The translations under genes and the position numbers were made by a program. From assembly GCA_963702895.1 (NCBI GenBank), contig OY969767.1:608001-672000 (forward strand): DNA of 64,000 bases. Direction: 5' to 3'. Shown here one piece after another: positions 39,569-48,451 of the stretch. The DNA is from an uncultured Elusimicrobia bacterium (lineage in GTDB: Bacteria; Elusimicrobiota; Elusimicrobia; 2-01-FULL-59-12). The notes beneath the pieces are model-generated. The model did no database searches, was not told where the DNA came from, and was given only the letters and a program-made list of their open reading frames with translations. Each line of letters begins with the position of its first letter. Position 1 is the first letter of the stretch.

Positions 39569-39901
39569 CTAGCGGGTAAGGCGTTGGAAGAGAATTTCCT
39601 CGAGGTCCCGTCGGCCATCGAAGATCCCATGGACATAGACCTTCTTTCCCTGGACGCGCAGGAGGATGCGGTAGGGATCGATCACGATCTCACGATAGAC
39701 ATCAAGGCCGATGGCTTTGAGTTCAGGGACCAGCCGGCTGCGATAGGGAACGGAGGTAAGCGTCCCTACGCGCTTCTCGATTTTGCGCCACAGCCTCCCG
39801 GCATTGAGTGGATTGCGCTCCGAGACAAAGGCGACGATATGCTCAAGGTCCTGCCTGGCGGCTTCTGACCAGAGAACGTCGTAGGCCGCGGGCTCATTCA
39901 T
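39569..39901 (-). CDS. RelE/ParE-family toxin
   Basis: VLWSEAARQDLEHI, VPEL, YRILL, IFDGRRDL. Confidence 0.9.
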   Translation of the reverse strand: MNEPAAYDVLWSEAARQDLEHIVAFVSERNPLNAGRLWRKIEKRVGTLTSVPYRSRLVPELKAIGLDVYREIVIDPYRILLRVQGKKVYVHGIFDGRRDLEEILFQRLTR

Positions 39902-40172
39902 GCGACGATAATTTCTTTTCGATGAGCTGTGAAAGTTCTTTGTGGCGGATGACGCGTCCCGAGCGGACATCGGCCTCGCTTTGCGCCGTGAGTTTGAGCA
40001 GGAGGAGGGCTTTGCGGGTGAGTTCGTAGCTCTCCACGTCCTGAACGACCGCCTTCGCCTGTCCGTTCTGTGTGATGATCATGGGCCGGCGGGTGCGATT
40101 GACGGTGGAAAGAATATCCGCCGGCCGAAGCTTTAAGTCGGTCACCGACTTGATGTCACGCTGGAGATCCAT
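39894..40172 (-). CDS. Phd/YefM-family antitoxin
   Basis: DIKSVTDLK, PMIITQNGQAKAVV. Confidence 0.9.
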   Translation of the reverse strand: MDLQRDIKSVTDLKLRPADILSTVNRTRRPMIITQNGQAKAVVQDVESYELTRKALLLLKLTAQSEADVRSGRVIRHKELSQLIEKKLSSHE

Positions 40173-40234
40173 AAGAGCGCTCCTGGGTTGAGAAGGATGA
40201 GTTGGTGCTAAATAGGGTGCCATAAATAGCACCA

Positions 40235-40336
40235 TTATGCAAGCCCCATTTCCACGGAGGATCCCCACCGGCGGGCTGCCGCCGACCGGATGCGCTCTTT
40301 GATTTCGCCCAGCAATTGACCGTACGGAATTGCCAT
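40235..40336 (-). pseudogene. Collapsed YhcG/DUF1016-like remnant after motif copy 5
   Basis: AGGAGG RBS, MAIPYGQLLGEIKERIRSA (YhcG-like N-terminus), then out-of-frame PPVGIL like C-terminal PPLGIL. Confidence 0.55.
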
Positions 40337-40341
40337 CTATA

Positions 40342-40393
40342 TCCTCCTATCCATTAGATGCGAAAAGGCGGGAAATATTCATTCCTCAGACGG
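40342..40393 (-). promoter_or_regulatory. Cassette-head motif copy 5 with RBS
   Basis: CCGTCT gaggaa TGAATA N15 CATCTA atggataggagg. Confidence 0.7.
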
Positions 40394-40455
40394 AGACGGC
40401 GGAATAGGCGGACGGCGAATCGGCGGGTCGGCGTGTCAGCGACGGGCCGAGGAAT

Positions 40456-40755
40456 TTAGTTTGAGTTAAAGTTGAACAGTTCGCGGACGATGGCGACGCT
40501 GATTTTGGCGGCATTTGAGTTGCGGAGTACGCAGGATACCATCAGGATTCCACTTTCGGTGAAGTAGTACGGGTGGTGCTCTTCCAGCATGAATTCAGGG
40601 GAGGGGAACCGCGCGATATGGCGCTTGACCGTACCTCTCAGTCGCCCCAGCGAAACTCCGTAGAGTTCTGCCACATCTTTGTCGAGCGCAACCCGTTGCC
40701 CGCGGACAAAGTGGCTCCGATGCTTCCGTCGATCGAGTAAGGCGTGCGGGCTCAT
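40456..40755 (-). CDS. Short ORF6N-like protein
   Basis: VRGQRVALDKDVAELYGV, RFP, FTESGILMVSCVLRNS. Confidence 0.8.
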   Translation of the reverse strand: MSPHALLDRRKHRSHFVRGQRVALDKDVAELYGVSLGRLRGTVKRHIARFPSPEFMLEEHHPYYFTESGILMVSCVLRNSNAAKISVAIVRELFNFNSN

Positions 40756-40757
40756 GG

Positions 40758-41012
40758 TCAGGCGGCGTGGTGGTGAAGAATTTCGGAGATGAAGGTCTGA
40801 TAGGGAATACCGAAACTCTTCGCTTTTGCTTTGAGGTTGTTGAGATCGCCTTTATTAATCCGGATATTGAGCACGGCGTCTTTTTTCCGCTTTGAAATAT
40901 GCTCGGCAATGGCCCTGGCCATTTCTTCGAACGTCCCCCGGCTGACAGGAATGAATTCTGAAGCGGCCCTCTCAATCTCTCTTTCTTCCTTGGTAAGCTT
41001 CATCCGTTTCAT
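40758..41012 (-). CDS. BrnA/CopG-like antitoxin
   Basis: KKDAVLNIRI, GIPYQTFISEILH. Confidence 0.85.
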   Translation of the reverse strand: MKRMKLTKEEREIERAASEFIPVSRGTFEEMARAIAEHISKRKKDAVLNIRINKGDLNNLKAKAKSFGIPYQTFISEILHHHAA

Positions 41013-41272
41013 AGGAGGAGTCCCTTTCTGCGGTAGATGGCTGTAAACTTGCGGCTTCTGTAGGCTGTCTTCAAAAACCATTCGGCTTCGGTCTCTACAT
41101 ACGGCACGGCCCACAGATAATGCTCATACGCGAACAGCAAAATCCTCTGATGGGGCCGGCTTGGATGTTGGAGCAGATCGACCATAGGAGAGAGGGTCAG
41201 CTCCTCAAAGGACACTCCTCTTTCCCGCTTCAGCCAGTCGCTTTTGTCCGCGCTCCACCGCAGCGGCTTCAT
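41009..41272 (-). CDS. BrnT-like toxin
   Basis: WSADKSDWLKRERGVSFEE, VPYVE, FLKTAYRSRK; own TTGTAT-N17-TATACT promoter upstream. Confidence 0.85.
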   Translation of the reverse strand: MKPLRWSADKSDWLKRERGVSFEELTLSPMVDLLQHPSRPHQRILLFAYEHYLWAVPYVETEAEWFLKTAYRSRKFTAIYRRKGLLL

Positions 41273-41345
41273 CGACGGGCCTGATCAGTATACTGTAGGA
41301 CAAGTGTATATACAAGTGGATAGAGCTTGCGATTCATCGCCTTTG

Positions 41346-41396
41346 CCTCCTATCCCTTAGATGCAAAAACCCAATCTTTATTCACACCTTAGACGG
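41346..41396 (-). promoter_or_regulatory. Cassette-head motif copy 6 with RBS
   Basis: CCGTCT aaggtg TGAATA N15 CATCTA agggataggagg. Confidence 0.7.
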
Positions 41397-41529
41397 AATA
41401 TGAGAAAGAACCGGACATCCCTGGGACAGACCTCGGGCCTGTCCCTGGGTCGTAGGATTTCTCTCAACAGTGGTGAGAGTTTTGGTTTTCCGGCACAGCT
41501 TAGATACGCCGAATGGTGTCAATCGCAGC

Positions 41530-41891
41530 AGCGAGACGGACGGTGGAGACGGCGGGGGGGCGGAGACGACGAACGGCGGAGACGGCCGGCGGCGGATCTA
41601 CGCTACCGTACGGCGGATCTTCGGGACCATACGGCGGAGACAGCGAGGGGCGGTGACGGGGAGATGGGCGTATCGGAGTATGGGGGTATCGGTGTATCGG
41701 AGTCACAGCCTGAAGGCGTAACGGTGTACCGGAGTATCGGTGTATCGGAGTCACGGCCCTTACTGCGATCCTGCAGTTACTCCGATACTCCGTTACCCCG
41801 TTACCCCGTTACTCCGTTACCCCGTTACTCCGTTACCCCGTTACTCCGTTACTTCTTCCAGTCGGGGCGGAGACAGCGGACGGCGGATCAC
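41530..41891. repeat. 8-bp tandem repeat block, inverted relative to 17947-18108 and 18950-19050
   Basis: (T/C)CCGTTAC x8; shared unique spacer sequences. Confidence 0.9.
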
Positions 41892-41989
41892 AGGAGCTAT
41901 GCGGCGGAGCTTTGGAACCGTGAGGTGGATCAACGCTAGCGGATGGCGGATCCGTCCTTTGTTAGATCCATGTTTGACGTAAAGGAGAA

Positions 41990-42149
41990 TTACGCGATCG
42001 AGGGGTGGATGGGGCCGCGCGATGGTTTGGTGAGCCAGCACCGCATGCCGGAGTTTCATAAAGGCCCTCATGATCGCGATGTCCAGCTGGATGGCCCGCT
42101 CGCTGTTCAGGACGCTCGATCGCATGGCGATGCCCTCTTGCGCGAACAC
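41990..42149 (-). pseudogene. 3' remnant of ORF6N gene with further internal deletion
   Basis: FAQEGIAMRSSVLNSERAIQLDIAIMRAFMKLRHAVLAHQ matches 35830-36345. Confidence 0.85.
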
Positions 42150-42188
42150 TCACACCCGACATCCCACCGACATAGTATGCTATAGCCT

Positions 42189-42701
42189 ATGCGAGTTCGA
42201 AGCACGCGCCTGTCTCCTCTGCCTTTCATGCTCCTGGTCAGCGCTCTCCTGTGCGGATGCGCGCATTCTGGGCCGCCCTCACCTGACCCGGCTTATGATA
42301 CGGCGCGGTATATGTCTTTGCAGATTGAGCAAACGAAGAAAGAAAAGACAGTCGTGGTCTGTCTGCAGTCCGATGCGGCCACCAATCGGCGTCTGGAGAC
42401 GTATATGGTTCAGTATCTCAAGAAGGATGGTTTTCAAGCCGTGGGGACCCAAGATGTTTTTACCGTTCGGCCGTCCTATGCCCCGCGCGGGCTCTTAAGT
42501 GAGCTGCGTTCGGCAAAAGTTGCTGGAATTATCGAAGTCAAGTTTTGGGGGAACATCACGCGCGAAGGGGTCCCGGAGCACTTTACACTTGAGCATCGCC
42601 GTTTGAAGGTCAAAAAGAGAGATGTGAACCAACGGTCGTGCGCCACCCTCGCGGAGGCTCTCATGCACCTCATGATCGCGATGCCGGTTGCGAAACTTTA
42701 G
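42189..42701 (+). CDS. Putative lipoprotein
   Basis: Signal peptide ending LLCG-C. Confidence 0.65.
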   Translation: MRVRSTRLSPLPFMLLVSALLCGCAHSGPPSPDPAYDTARYMSLQIEQTKKEKTVVVCLQSDAATNRRLETYMVQYLKKDGFQAVGTQDVFTVRPSYAPRGLLSELRSAKVAGIIEVKFWGNITREGVPEHFTLEHRRLKVKKRDVNQRSCATLAEALMHLMIAMPVAKL

Positions 42702-42704
42702 ATT

Positions 42705-44588
42705 CTAGCCCGAACCCCACCCCAGAGCGCGCCCGACCTGATAGACCGTAAACGAGACCAGCCAAGCGATCGTGTTCATATAGATAAACATCATCATGGG
42801 GATTTTCCAGCCGCCGGTTTCATGGCGGGCAACCGCCAAAGTCGACATGCATTGCATGGCCAGAGCAAAAAAGATCATCAGCGACACCGCTGAGAGCGGC
42901 GTCATGCCAGACCGGAGCGCTTTTTGGAGGGTCGTGCGGTCCTTCTGGTGGTTGTCCACGCGATAAATGGTCTGGAGGGTGCTCACGATCACCTCCCGAG
43001 CGGCCTGGGCGGAAAGAAGTCCAATGCCAATTTTCCAGTCGAAGCCCAGCGGGCGGATGACGGGCTCGATCAGCGTGCCAATCTGCCCGGCGAAGGAATG
43101 CCGGATCCCCTCCGGTCCCGGTTTCTTGGGATAGCTGATGAGAAACCAGAGGACGATATTGACCAGGAGAATCACGGTGCCCGCCTGCTGCAAAAAAACT
43201 TTGGTACGATCCCACATGAGCAGAACGATCACTTTAAAATCCGGTATACGGAAGGGAGGGATCTCAATAAAGAAAGGGGTGGTGGAGGATTTAAGAATCG
43301 AACTCTTCAGGATCCAGGCGGTGCCGAGTGCCGCCCCAAAGCCCACGGCGTAGAGACCCAGGAGAGTCAGCGCGCGCAGACCAAAGAAATTGCCCAAGAG
43401 GGGGATGTCGGGGACAAAGGCACCGATCAGAAGCGCGTAGACGGGCAGGCGCGCGCTGCACGTCATAAAGGGCGCCACAAAGATCGTGGCCAGCCGGTCA
43501 TGGCGGTTTTCAATCGTGCGGGTTGCCATGATGCCAGGGATGGCGCAGGCATAGGAGCTTATCAGCGGCAGAAAAGACTTCCCCTGTAGGCCAATGACAC
43601 TCAGCACTCGGTCCATCACCGCCGCCGCGCGGGGGAGATACCCGAGGTTCTCCAGGATGGCGATAAAGAAAAAAACAATCAAAATCTGCGGCAAAAAAAC
43701 CAAGACCGATCCAACGCCAGCGATCACGCCGTCCGACACAAAATCATTCCAGAATCCCTCCGGCAGCGTGTGACGGACGAAAGTCGACATCGCCATAAAT
43801 CCAGAATCGATGGCATCCATGAACGGCTTGGCCCACGAAAAGATGGCCTGAAAGACGGTCATCACCACGATCCCAAACAGGAGGGACCCCCACACGGGGT
43901 GCATCACGAAGGTGTCGACTTGGTCTGACCAGGGGTGCGGCTGCAGCGGTTTCAGGATCACGCGGTCAGCGATGTCTCGGGCCCGGCGACGGATCGCCAT
44001 CACATCCTTCGTGCTGGGAAGGATAGGAAGCCGTTGAAAGGATGGAGGCTCCGTTTTAGGCCAGCCGTCCATGAGGTCAAGGAGCGCGTCGAAGTTTTCG
44101 TCTTGGGTGGCCGAAAGCGGCACGACAGGAATGCCGAGCTCCTTCGAGAGCTTCGGAATGTCAATCGCCGAGCCCCGCCGCGCCAACTCATCGCGCATGT
44201 TCAAAAGGAGCGCCGTGGAAACCCCCATCTGAATGACTTGCAGAACGAGGTAAAGGCTTTTTTCCAGGCAGGTGCTGTCGACCAAACAGAGGACGCCTTG
44301 CGGTTTGTCGATCTCCTTCAAGGTGCCCAGGATGATTTCGGAGGCGATGCGTTCCTCTTCGGATTTGGGGATCAGGCTATAGGTGCCCGGCAGGTCGATG
44401 AGCTCGACCGACGTCTTCTCCGTTTCAAATTCACCGGTTTTCTTTTCAACGGTGGCCCCCGGGAAATTCCCCACCTTTTGGCGCAAGCCGGTCAACCGGT
44501 TAAAGAGGGTGCTCTTGCCTGAATTGGGATTGCCCGCGATGGCCAGGACCACACGCGAGGGGGTCTTGGCGCAGAGGCTCTTATCCAT
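42705..44588 (-). CDS. feoB: Ferrous iron transporter FeoB
   Basis: GNPNSGKST, VGNFPGATVE, DLPG, PFMTCSARLP. Confidence 0.96.
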   Translation of the reverse strand: MDKSLCAKTPSRVVLAIAGNPNSGKSTLFNRLTGLRQKVGNFPGATVEKKTGEFETEKTSVELIDLPGTYSLIPKSEEERIASEIILGTLKEIDKPQGVLCLVDSTCLEKSLYLVLQVIQMGVSTALLLNMRDELARRGSAIDIPKLSKELGIPVVPLSATQDENFDALLDLMDGWPKTEPPSFQRLPILPSTKDVMAIRRRARDIADRVILKPLQPHPWSDQVDTFVMHPVWGSLLFGIVVMTVFQAIFSWAKPFMDAIDSGFMAMSTFVRHTLPEGFWNDFVSDGVIAGVGSVLVFLPQILIVFFFIAILENLGYLPRAAAVMDRVLSVIGLQGKSFLPLISSYACAIPGIMATRTIENRHDRLATIFVAPFMTCSARLPVYALLIGAFVPDIPLLGNFFGLRALTLLGLYAVGFGAALGTAWILKSSILKSSTTPFFIEIPPFRIPDFKVIVLLMWDRTKVFLQQAGTVILLVNIVLWFLISYPKKPGPEGIRHSFAGQIGTLIEPVIRPLGFDWKIGIGLLSAQAAREVIVSTLQTIYRVDNHQKDRTTLQKALRSGMTPLSAVSLMIFFALAMQCMSTLAVARHETGGWKIPMMMFIYMNTIAWLVSFTVYQVGRALGWGSG

Positions 44589-44829
44589 GTGTCCCGTCCT
44601 GGACGCGTACATAAATCAGGTCCCCCTCAGACTTCCGGATACAGAGGCGATATTCCATGAGCTCAATTTCAAGAGGGCCCCAGAACGGCGCCTTCCGGAT
44701 AAATCTGATCGATTCCCCCGGGCAAAAACCCAACTCAATGAGCTTGAGGCTCATGTCCTCCGGCATATCAAGGTGGTCAACAACCGCCTGTTGTCCGGGC
44801 TTCAAAGAGGAAAGGGGGAGTATCGGCAT
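44581..44829 (-). CDS. feoA: FeoA
   Basis: LIELGFCPG, APFWGP; upstream of feoB. Confidence 0.88.
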   Translation of the reverse strand: MPILPLSSLKPGQQAVVDHLDMPEDMSLKLIELGFCPGESIRFIRKAPFWGPLEIELMEYRLCIRKSEGDLIYVRVQDGTHG

Positions 44830-44933
44830 CGCGTCCTGAGCAGGGCTCCATTCTATCCAGATTCTGCGTTGGAGGCGCTGTCTGCCTCCAACGTCCATGC
44901 ATTATACAGCAAAGTTCTTAATTAGCAGACGCC

Positions 44934-44962
44934 TTGACAGGCTGCCAGCTAATCCGTAGAAT
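44934..44962 (+). promoter_or_regulatory. Sigma70 promoter of groESL, TTGACA-N17-TAGAAT
   Basis: Near-consensus hexamers with 17-nt spacer. Confidence 0.85.
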
Positions 44963-44988
44963 TAGCAATCAGAAATTGGGAGTGCTAA
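44962..44988. promoter_or_regulatory. CIRCE (HrcA operator)
   Basis: TTAGCAATC-N9-GAGTGCTAA, one mismatch to consensus. Confidence 0.92.
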
Positions 44989-45040
44989 CCGTAGTCGAAG
45001 TGCTACTACTCCACATTAATCGAACATCAGGAGGTTACGT

Positions 45041-45346
45041 ATGGCAGCAGCAACCGCAGTTCGTTTACGTCCCCTGGGCGATCGCGTCATCGTGAAGCCC
45101 ATTGAGAAGAAGGACGAAGTACGCTCCGGTCTCATCATTCCGGACACCGCGAAAGAAAAGCCCCAAGAAGGCGAAGTGATCGCGGCGGGTAAAGGGAAAA
45201 TCGGAGAAGACGGGAAACTCATCCCCATGGATGTCAAAGCGGGCGATAAAGTCCTCTATGGCAAATATTCGGGGACCGAGATCAAGATGGACAGCCAGGA
45301 ATACCTGATCATGCATCAGGACGATATCCTCGGCATTGTCGAATAG
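45041..45346 (+). CDS. groES: Co-chaperonin GroES
   Basis: [25 protein letters not shown]. Confidence 0.98.
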   Translation: MAAATAVRLRPLGDRVIVKPIEKKDEVRSGLIIPDTAKEKPQEGEVIAAGKGKIGEDGKLIPMDVKAGDKVLYGKYSGTEIKMDSQEYLIMHQDDILGIVE

Positions 45347-45350
45347 ATCT

Positions 45351-45415
<65 letters not shown>

Positions 45416-45425
45416 GGAGAAAGTT

Positions 45426-47063
45426 ATGGCCAAACAACTCAAGTATCAAGACGAAGCCGCGCGCGCCATTAAATCGGGCGTGGATAAGCTGGCGAACGCC
45501 GTAGGCATCACGATGGGCCCGAAAGGCCGCTACGTGGTGCTCGACAAGAAGTTCGGATCCCCCACCATCACCAACGACGGCGTTACCATCGCCAAGGAAA
45601 TCGAGCTGGAAGACCCGTTTGAAAACATGGGGGCTCAGCTGGTGCGAGAAGTGGCCTCGAAGACCAACGACGTCGCCGGCGACGGCACCACCACCGCGAC
45701 CGTCCTGGCGCAAGCCATCGTGAACGAAGGTCTGCGCAACATCACGGCCGGAGCCAACGCCATGCACGTCAAGCGCGGCATTGAAAAAGCCGTTGAAGCT
45801 GTTGTCACCTTCATCAAGAAACTGTCCAAGCCCGTCAAAGACCAGGAGATCGAGCAGATCGCGACGATTTCCGCCAATGACCGGGAAGTGGGCAAGCTCA
45901 TCGCGGACGCGATGAAAGCCGTTGGCAAAGACGGCGTCATCACCGTCGAAGAGGGTAAGTCCGCGAGGACCGAAATTGAGAAGGTCCAGGGCATGAAGTT
46001 TGACCGCGGTTACGTGTCGCCTTACTTTGTGACCGACCCCGAACGAATGGAAACGGTCCTGGAAGACGCGGCCGTCATCATTACCGACAAAAAGGTGAGC
46101 GCGTTAAACGAAATCCTTCCCTTCCTCGAAAAGCTCTTGCAGACCGGCAATAAGCCGTTTCTGCTGGTGGCCGAAGAGGTCGAAGGCGAGGCGCTAGCGA
46201 CCTTGGTGGTTAATAAGCTTCAAGGCCGCCTCAAAGTCGCGGCGGTGAAAGCCCCCGGCTTCGGCGACCGACGCAAAGAGATGCTTCAGGACATCGCGGT
46301 CTTGACCGGCGGCAAGGTCATTTCCGAAGAACTGGGCATCAAGCTCGAGAAGGCCGAAGTCACCATGGTCGGCCACGCCAAGCGCATCATCGTGGACAAA
46401 GAAAACACGACGATTGTGGACGGCGGCGGAGACAAGAAAGAGCTGGAAAAGCGCGTTGCTCAACTCAAAAAGCAGATCGAAGACACCACGTCCGACTACG
46501 ACAAGGAAAAACTCCAGGAACGCCTTGCGAAGTTGGCCGGCGGCGTGGCCCTCATTAAGGCCGGGGCCTCTACCGAGACCGAAATGAAGGCGAAGAAATT
46601 CAAGATTGAAGACGCCATGCACGCGACCCGCGCGGGCGTTGAAGAGGGAATCGTTCCGGGCGGCGGCACCGCGCTTCTGCGCGCGGCCGACGACCTGAAG
46701 TCCTTGAAAGGCGCTGATGTGGATGAGCAGACCGGCATCAACATCATCCGCAAGGCCCTGGAAACCCCCATCCGCCGCATCGCGGAAAACGCGGGCGTTG
46801 AGGGCTCGGTCGTGGTCGACAAAGTCCGGGCCAGCTCCGACCTCAACTTCGGCTTAAATGCCGAGACGGTGGAGTACGGCGACCTCCTCAAGCAGGGTGT
46901 TGTGGACCCGGCGAAGGTGGTCCGCACGGCCCTCCAGAACGCGGCCTCGATCGCAAGCCTGCTTCTGACAGCGGAAGTCCTGATTACGGACATTCCGGAG
47001 AAGAAGGGCGCGGCGGCCGGCGGCGGCATGCCCGGCGGAATGCCCGGCGGAGACATGTATTGA
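45426..47063 (+). CDS. groEL: Chaperonin GroEL
   Basis: [31 protein letters not shown] tail. Confidence 0.99.
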   Translation: MAKQLKYQDEAARAIKSGVDKLANAVGITMGPKGRYVVLDKKFGSPTITNDGVTIAKEIELEDPFENMGAQLVREVASKTNDVAGDGTTTATVLAQAIVNEGLRNITAGANAMHVKRGIEKAVEAVVTFIKKLSKPVKDQEIEQIATISANDREVGKLIADAMKAVGKDGVITVEEGKSARTEIEKVQGMKFDRGYVSPYFVTDPERMETVLEDAAVIITDKKVSALNEILPFLEKLLQTGNKPFLLVAEEVEGEALATLVVNKLQGRLKVAAVKAPGFGDRRKEMLQDIAVLTGGKVISEELGIKLEKAEVTMVGHAKRIIVDKENTTIVDGGGDKKELEKRVAQLKKQIEDTTSDYDKEKLQERLAKLAGGVALIKAGASTETEMKAKKFKIEDAMHATRAGVEEGIVPGGGTALLRAADDLKSLKGADVDEQTGINIIRKALETPIRRIAENAGVEGSVVVDKVRASSDLNFGLNAETVEYGDLLKQGVVDPAKVVRTALQNAASIASLLLTAEVLITDIPEKKGAAAGGGMPGGMPGGDMY

Positions 47064-47101
47064 AGGCGAACGACTAAAATAGCAAATAGATAATAGTTAA
47101 A

Positions 47102-47137
47102 CAGAAGCCCCCGGCCCTTCATGGCCGGGGGCTTCTG
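47102..47137. terminator. Probable bidirectional terminator hairpin between convergent genes
   Basis: CAGAAGCCCCCGGCC / GGCCGGGGGCTTCTG 15-bp perfect stem. Confidence 0.8.
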
Positions 47138-47140
47138 CAT

Positions 47141-47926
47141 TTAGAAGATGTTGGCCTCGGCTCTGAGCGGCGCTGGCGCTTCTTCGACGGTGGGGAGATA
47201 CTCGAGCAACACGCGAATATTCACCAGGCGGTCAGACCCTGGGGCCATGACCACCGTCGCTTCAACGGTTTCTTTCGTGTAGCGTCTTTCGGTCAGCTCA
47301 CGCTCCGCTCTTTCCTTCGAAAGCGCGTACTCTTTCAAGAGCTCCTCGTGGAGCTTCACTCGGATGACCGACGCCTCATTCTTGTTCATGGGGAGGAACT
47401 GCAATTCGACACGATTTAATTTGCGCCTCTCGAAATAAAAGGTGACCCGGCTCCGCGTTCCATAAACCATGACCGGCAAACTGTATTGTTCACCGCTTCG
47501 CCCTTGCGGTATCGGCAGGGCCTCCCAGAGCCATTCGTGCGCCCGCTCCTGCAGAGCGCCTTCGACGCTTCGCTCACGGAGCTTGCGGCCGAGCTTGCGT
47601 TCAACTTCGGGCAACGACATCCCGAACGTTGTGCCCAAAAGCGCTTTATGAGAGGTTGCGGTTGAAAACGGACCGTAGGCGCGTGCCTTGAGATAAAGGA
47701 AGCCAATGGCGGCCAACAGGAACAGAGCACTCACGACGGCCCACTTGGCGTGTTCCAAAGCATGTCGGTACTCGTGCTCCAATCGGTGGATGGCAGCCGC
47801 GATGGCACCGGTCAGGAGCGGAATGCTTAAAACGAGAAAATAGCGGCTGCGCTGAAATTCAAGGAGGCCCAGCAAGCTAATGGCCAATACGAGTCCCCAC
47901 ACCGTCCACCAGACAATCGAGCGCAT
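47141..47926 (-). CDS. Hypothetical membrane protein (3 N-terminal TMs)
   Basis: Long ORF with hydrophobic N-terminus. Confidence 0.65.
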   Translation of the reverse strand: MRSIVWWTVWGLVLAISLLGLLEFQRSRYFLVLSIPLLTGAIAAAIHRLEHEYRHALEHAKWAVVSALFLLAAIGFLYLKARAYGPFSTATSHKALLGTTFGMSLPEVERKLGRKLRERSVEGALQERAHEWLWEALPIPQGRSGEQYSLPVMVYGTRSRVTFYFERRKLNRVELQFLPMNKNEASVIRVKLHEELLKEYALSKERAERELTERRYTKETVEATVVMAPGSDRLVNIRVLLEYLPTVEEAPAPLRAEANIF

Positions 47927-48243
47927 GGGTATTTTTTGTACGTAAGAGCCCTTTTTTCAAGGGTTATCCTGCGCCCTTGAGGAAACAGGGCTCTTCGGGG
48001 CGTCATCGGTCGTTTTGACCACTTCGCATCAAGCTCCCGGTTGTCATGTTCCCTCCGCGAATTCTGATCTTTTCGGGGGGCTCTAAGGGAAGAGCCTTGC
48101 GGGAGGATGACCCTTTCGGGGAGCGATGGTTTCTTCCGGTTTGGAGGTGCTCTTCCTTGCCCAGGACGAATAAAAAATCACATAACCATCGACTGTATTT
48201 GAGTATACTCTAGCCTGCAATTTCGATTTAAAAGGAGCTGGAT

Positions 48244-48402
48244 ATGGGAAGTAAAAAACCAAAATGGCTGGTTAAGCAGCAACGCTCGAACCTGAACGCT
48301 GCGCGCAAGGCCGCGCGCACAAAGAACCCGGGTACTAAAAATCTCGGCGTCCGGCACCTCGGCCGCCATGGCGGCGCGTTCAAGCAGGGCCACGGAGTAT
48401 AG
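48244..48402 (+). CDS. 52-aa highly basic small protein (not in ORF track)
   Basis: AAAGGAG RBS and upstream TATACT; MGSKKPKWLVKQQRSNLNAARKAARTKNPG... Confidence 0.6.
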   Translation: MGSKKPKWLVKQQRSNLNAARKAARTKNPGTKNLGVRHLGRHGGAFKQGHGV

Positions 48403-48451
48403 TTTAGTCCTTTAAATCGATTCGATTCGCTGATATGCTTTAAGTCGCGCT

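Larger units (their letters stand above)
16413..42150. mobile_element. Accessory/defence island of TA, RM, nuclease and IS cargo; no integrase seen; boundaries approximate
   Basis: Interrupts core genes; dense repeats, remnants, duplications and some lower-GC genes. Confidence 0.75.

Noticed and set aside
41361..41982. ORFs across octamer blocks (also 18079-18354, 18799-19200, 22020-22362)
   Set aside because: Low-complexity translations of 8-bp repeats with no RBS or domain signal
16413..42150. Prophage or ICE
   Set aside because: No integrase, structural, conjugation or replication genes and no tRNA att site
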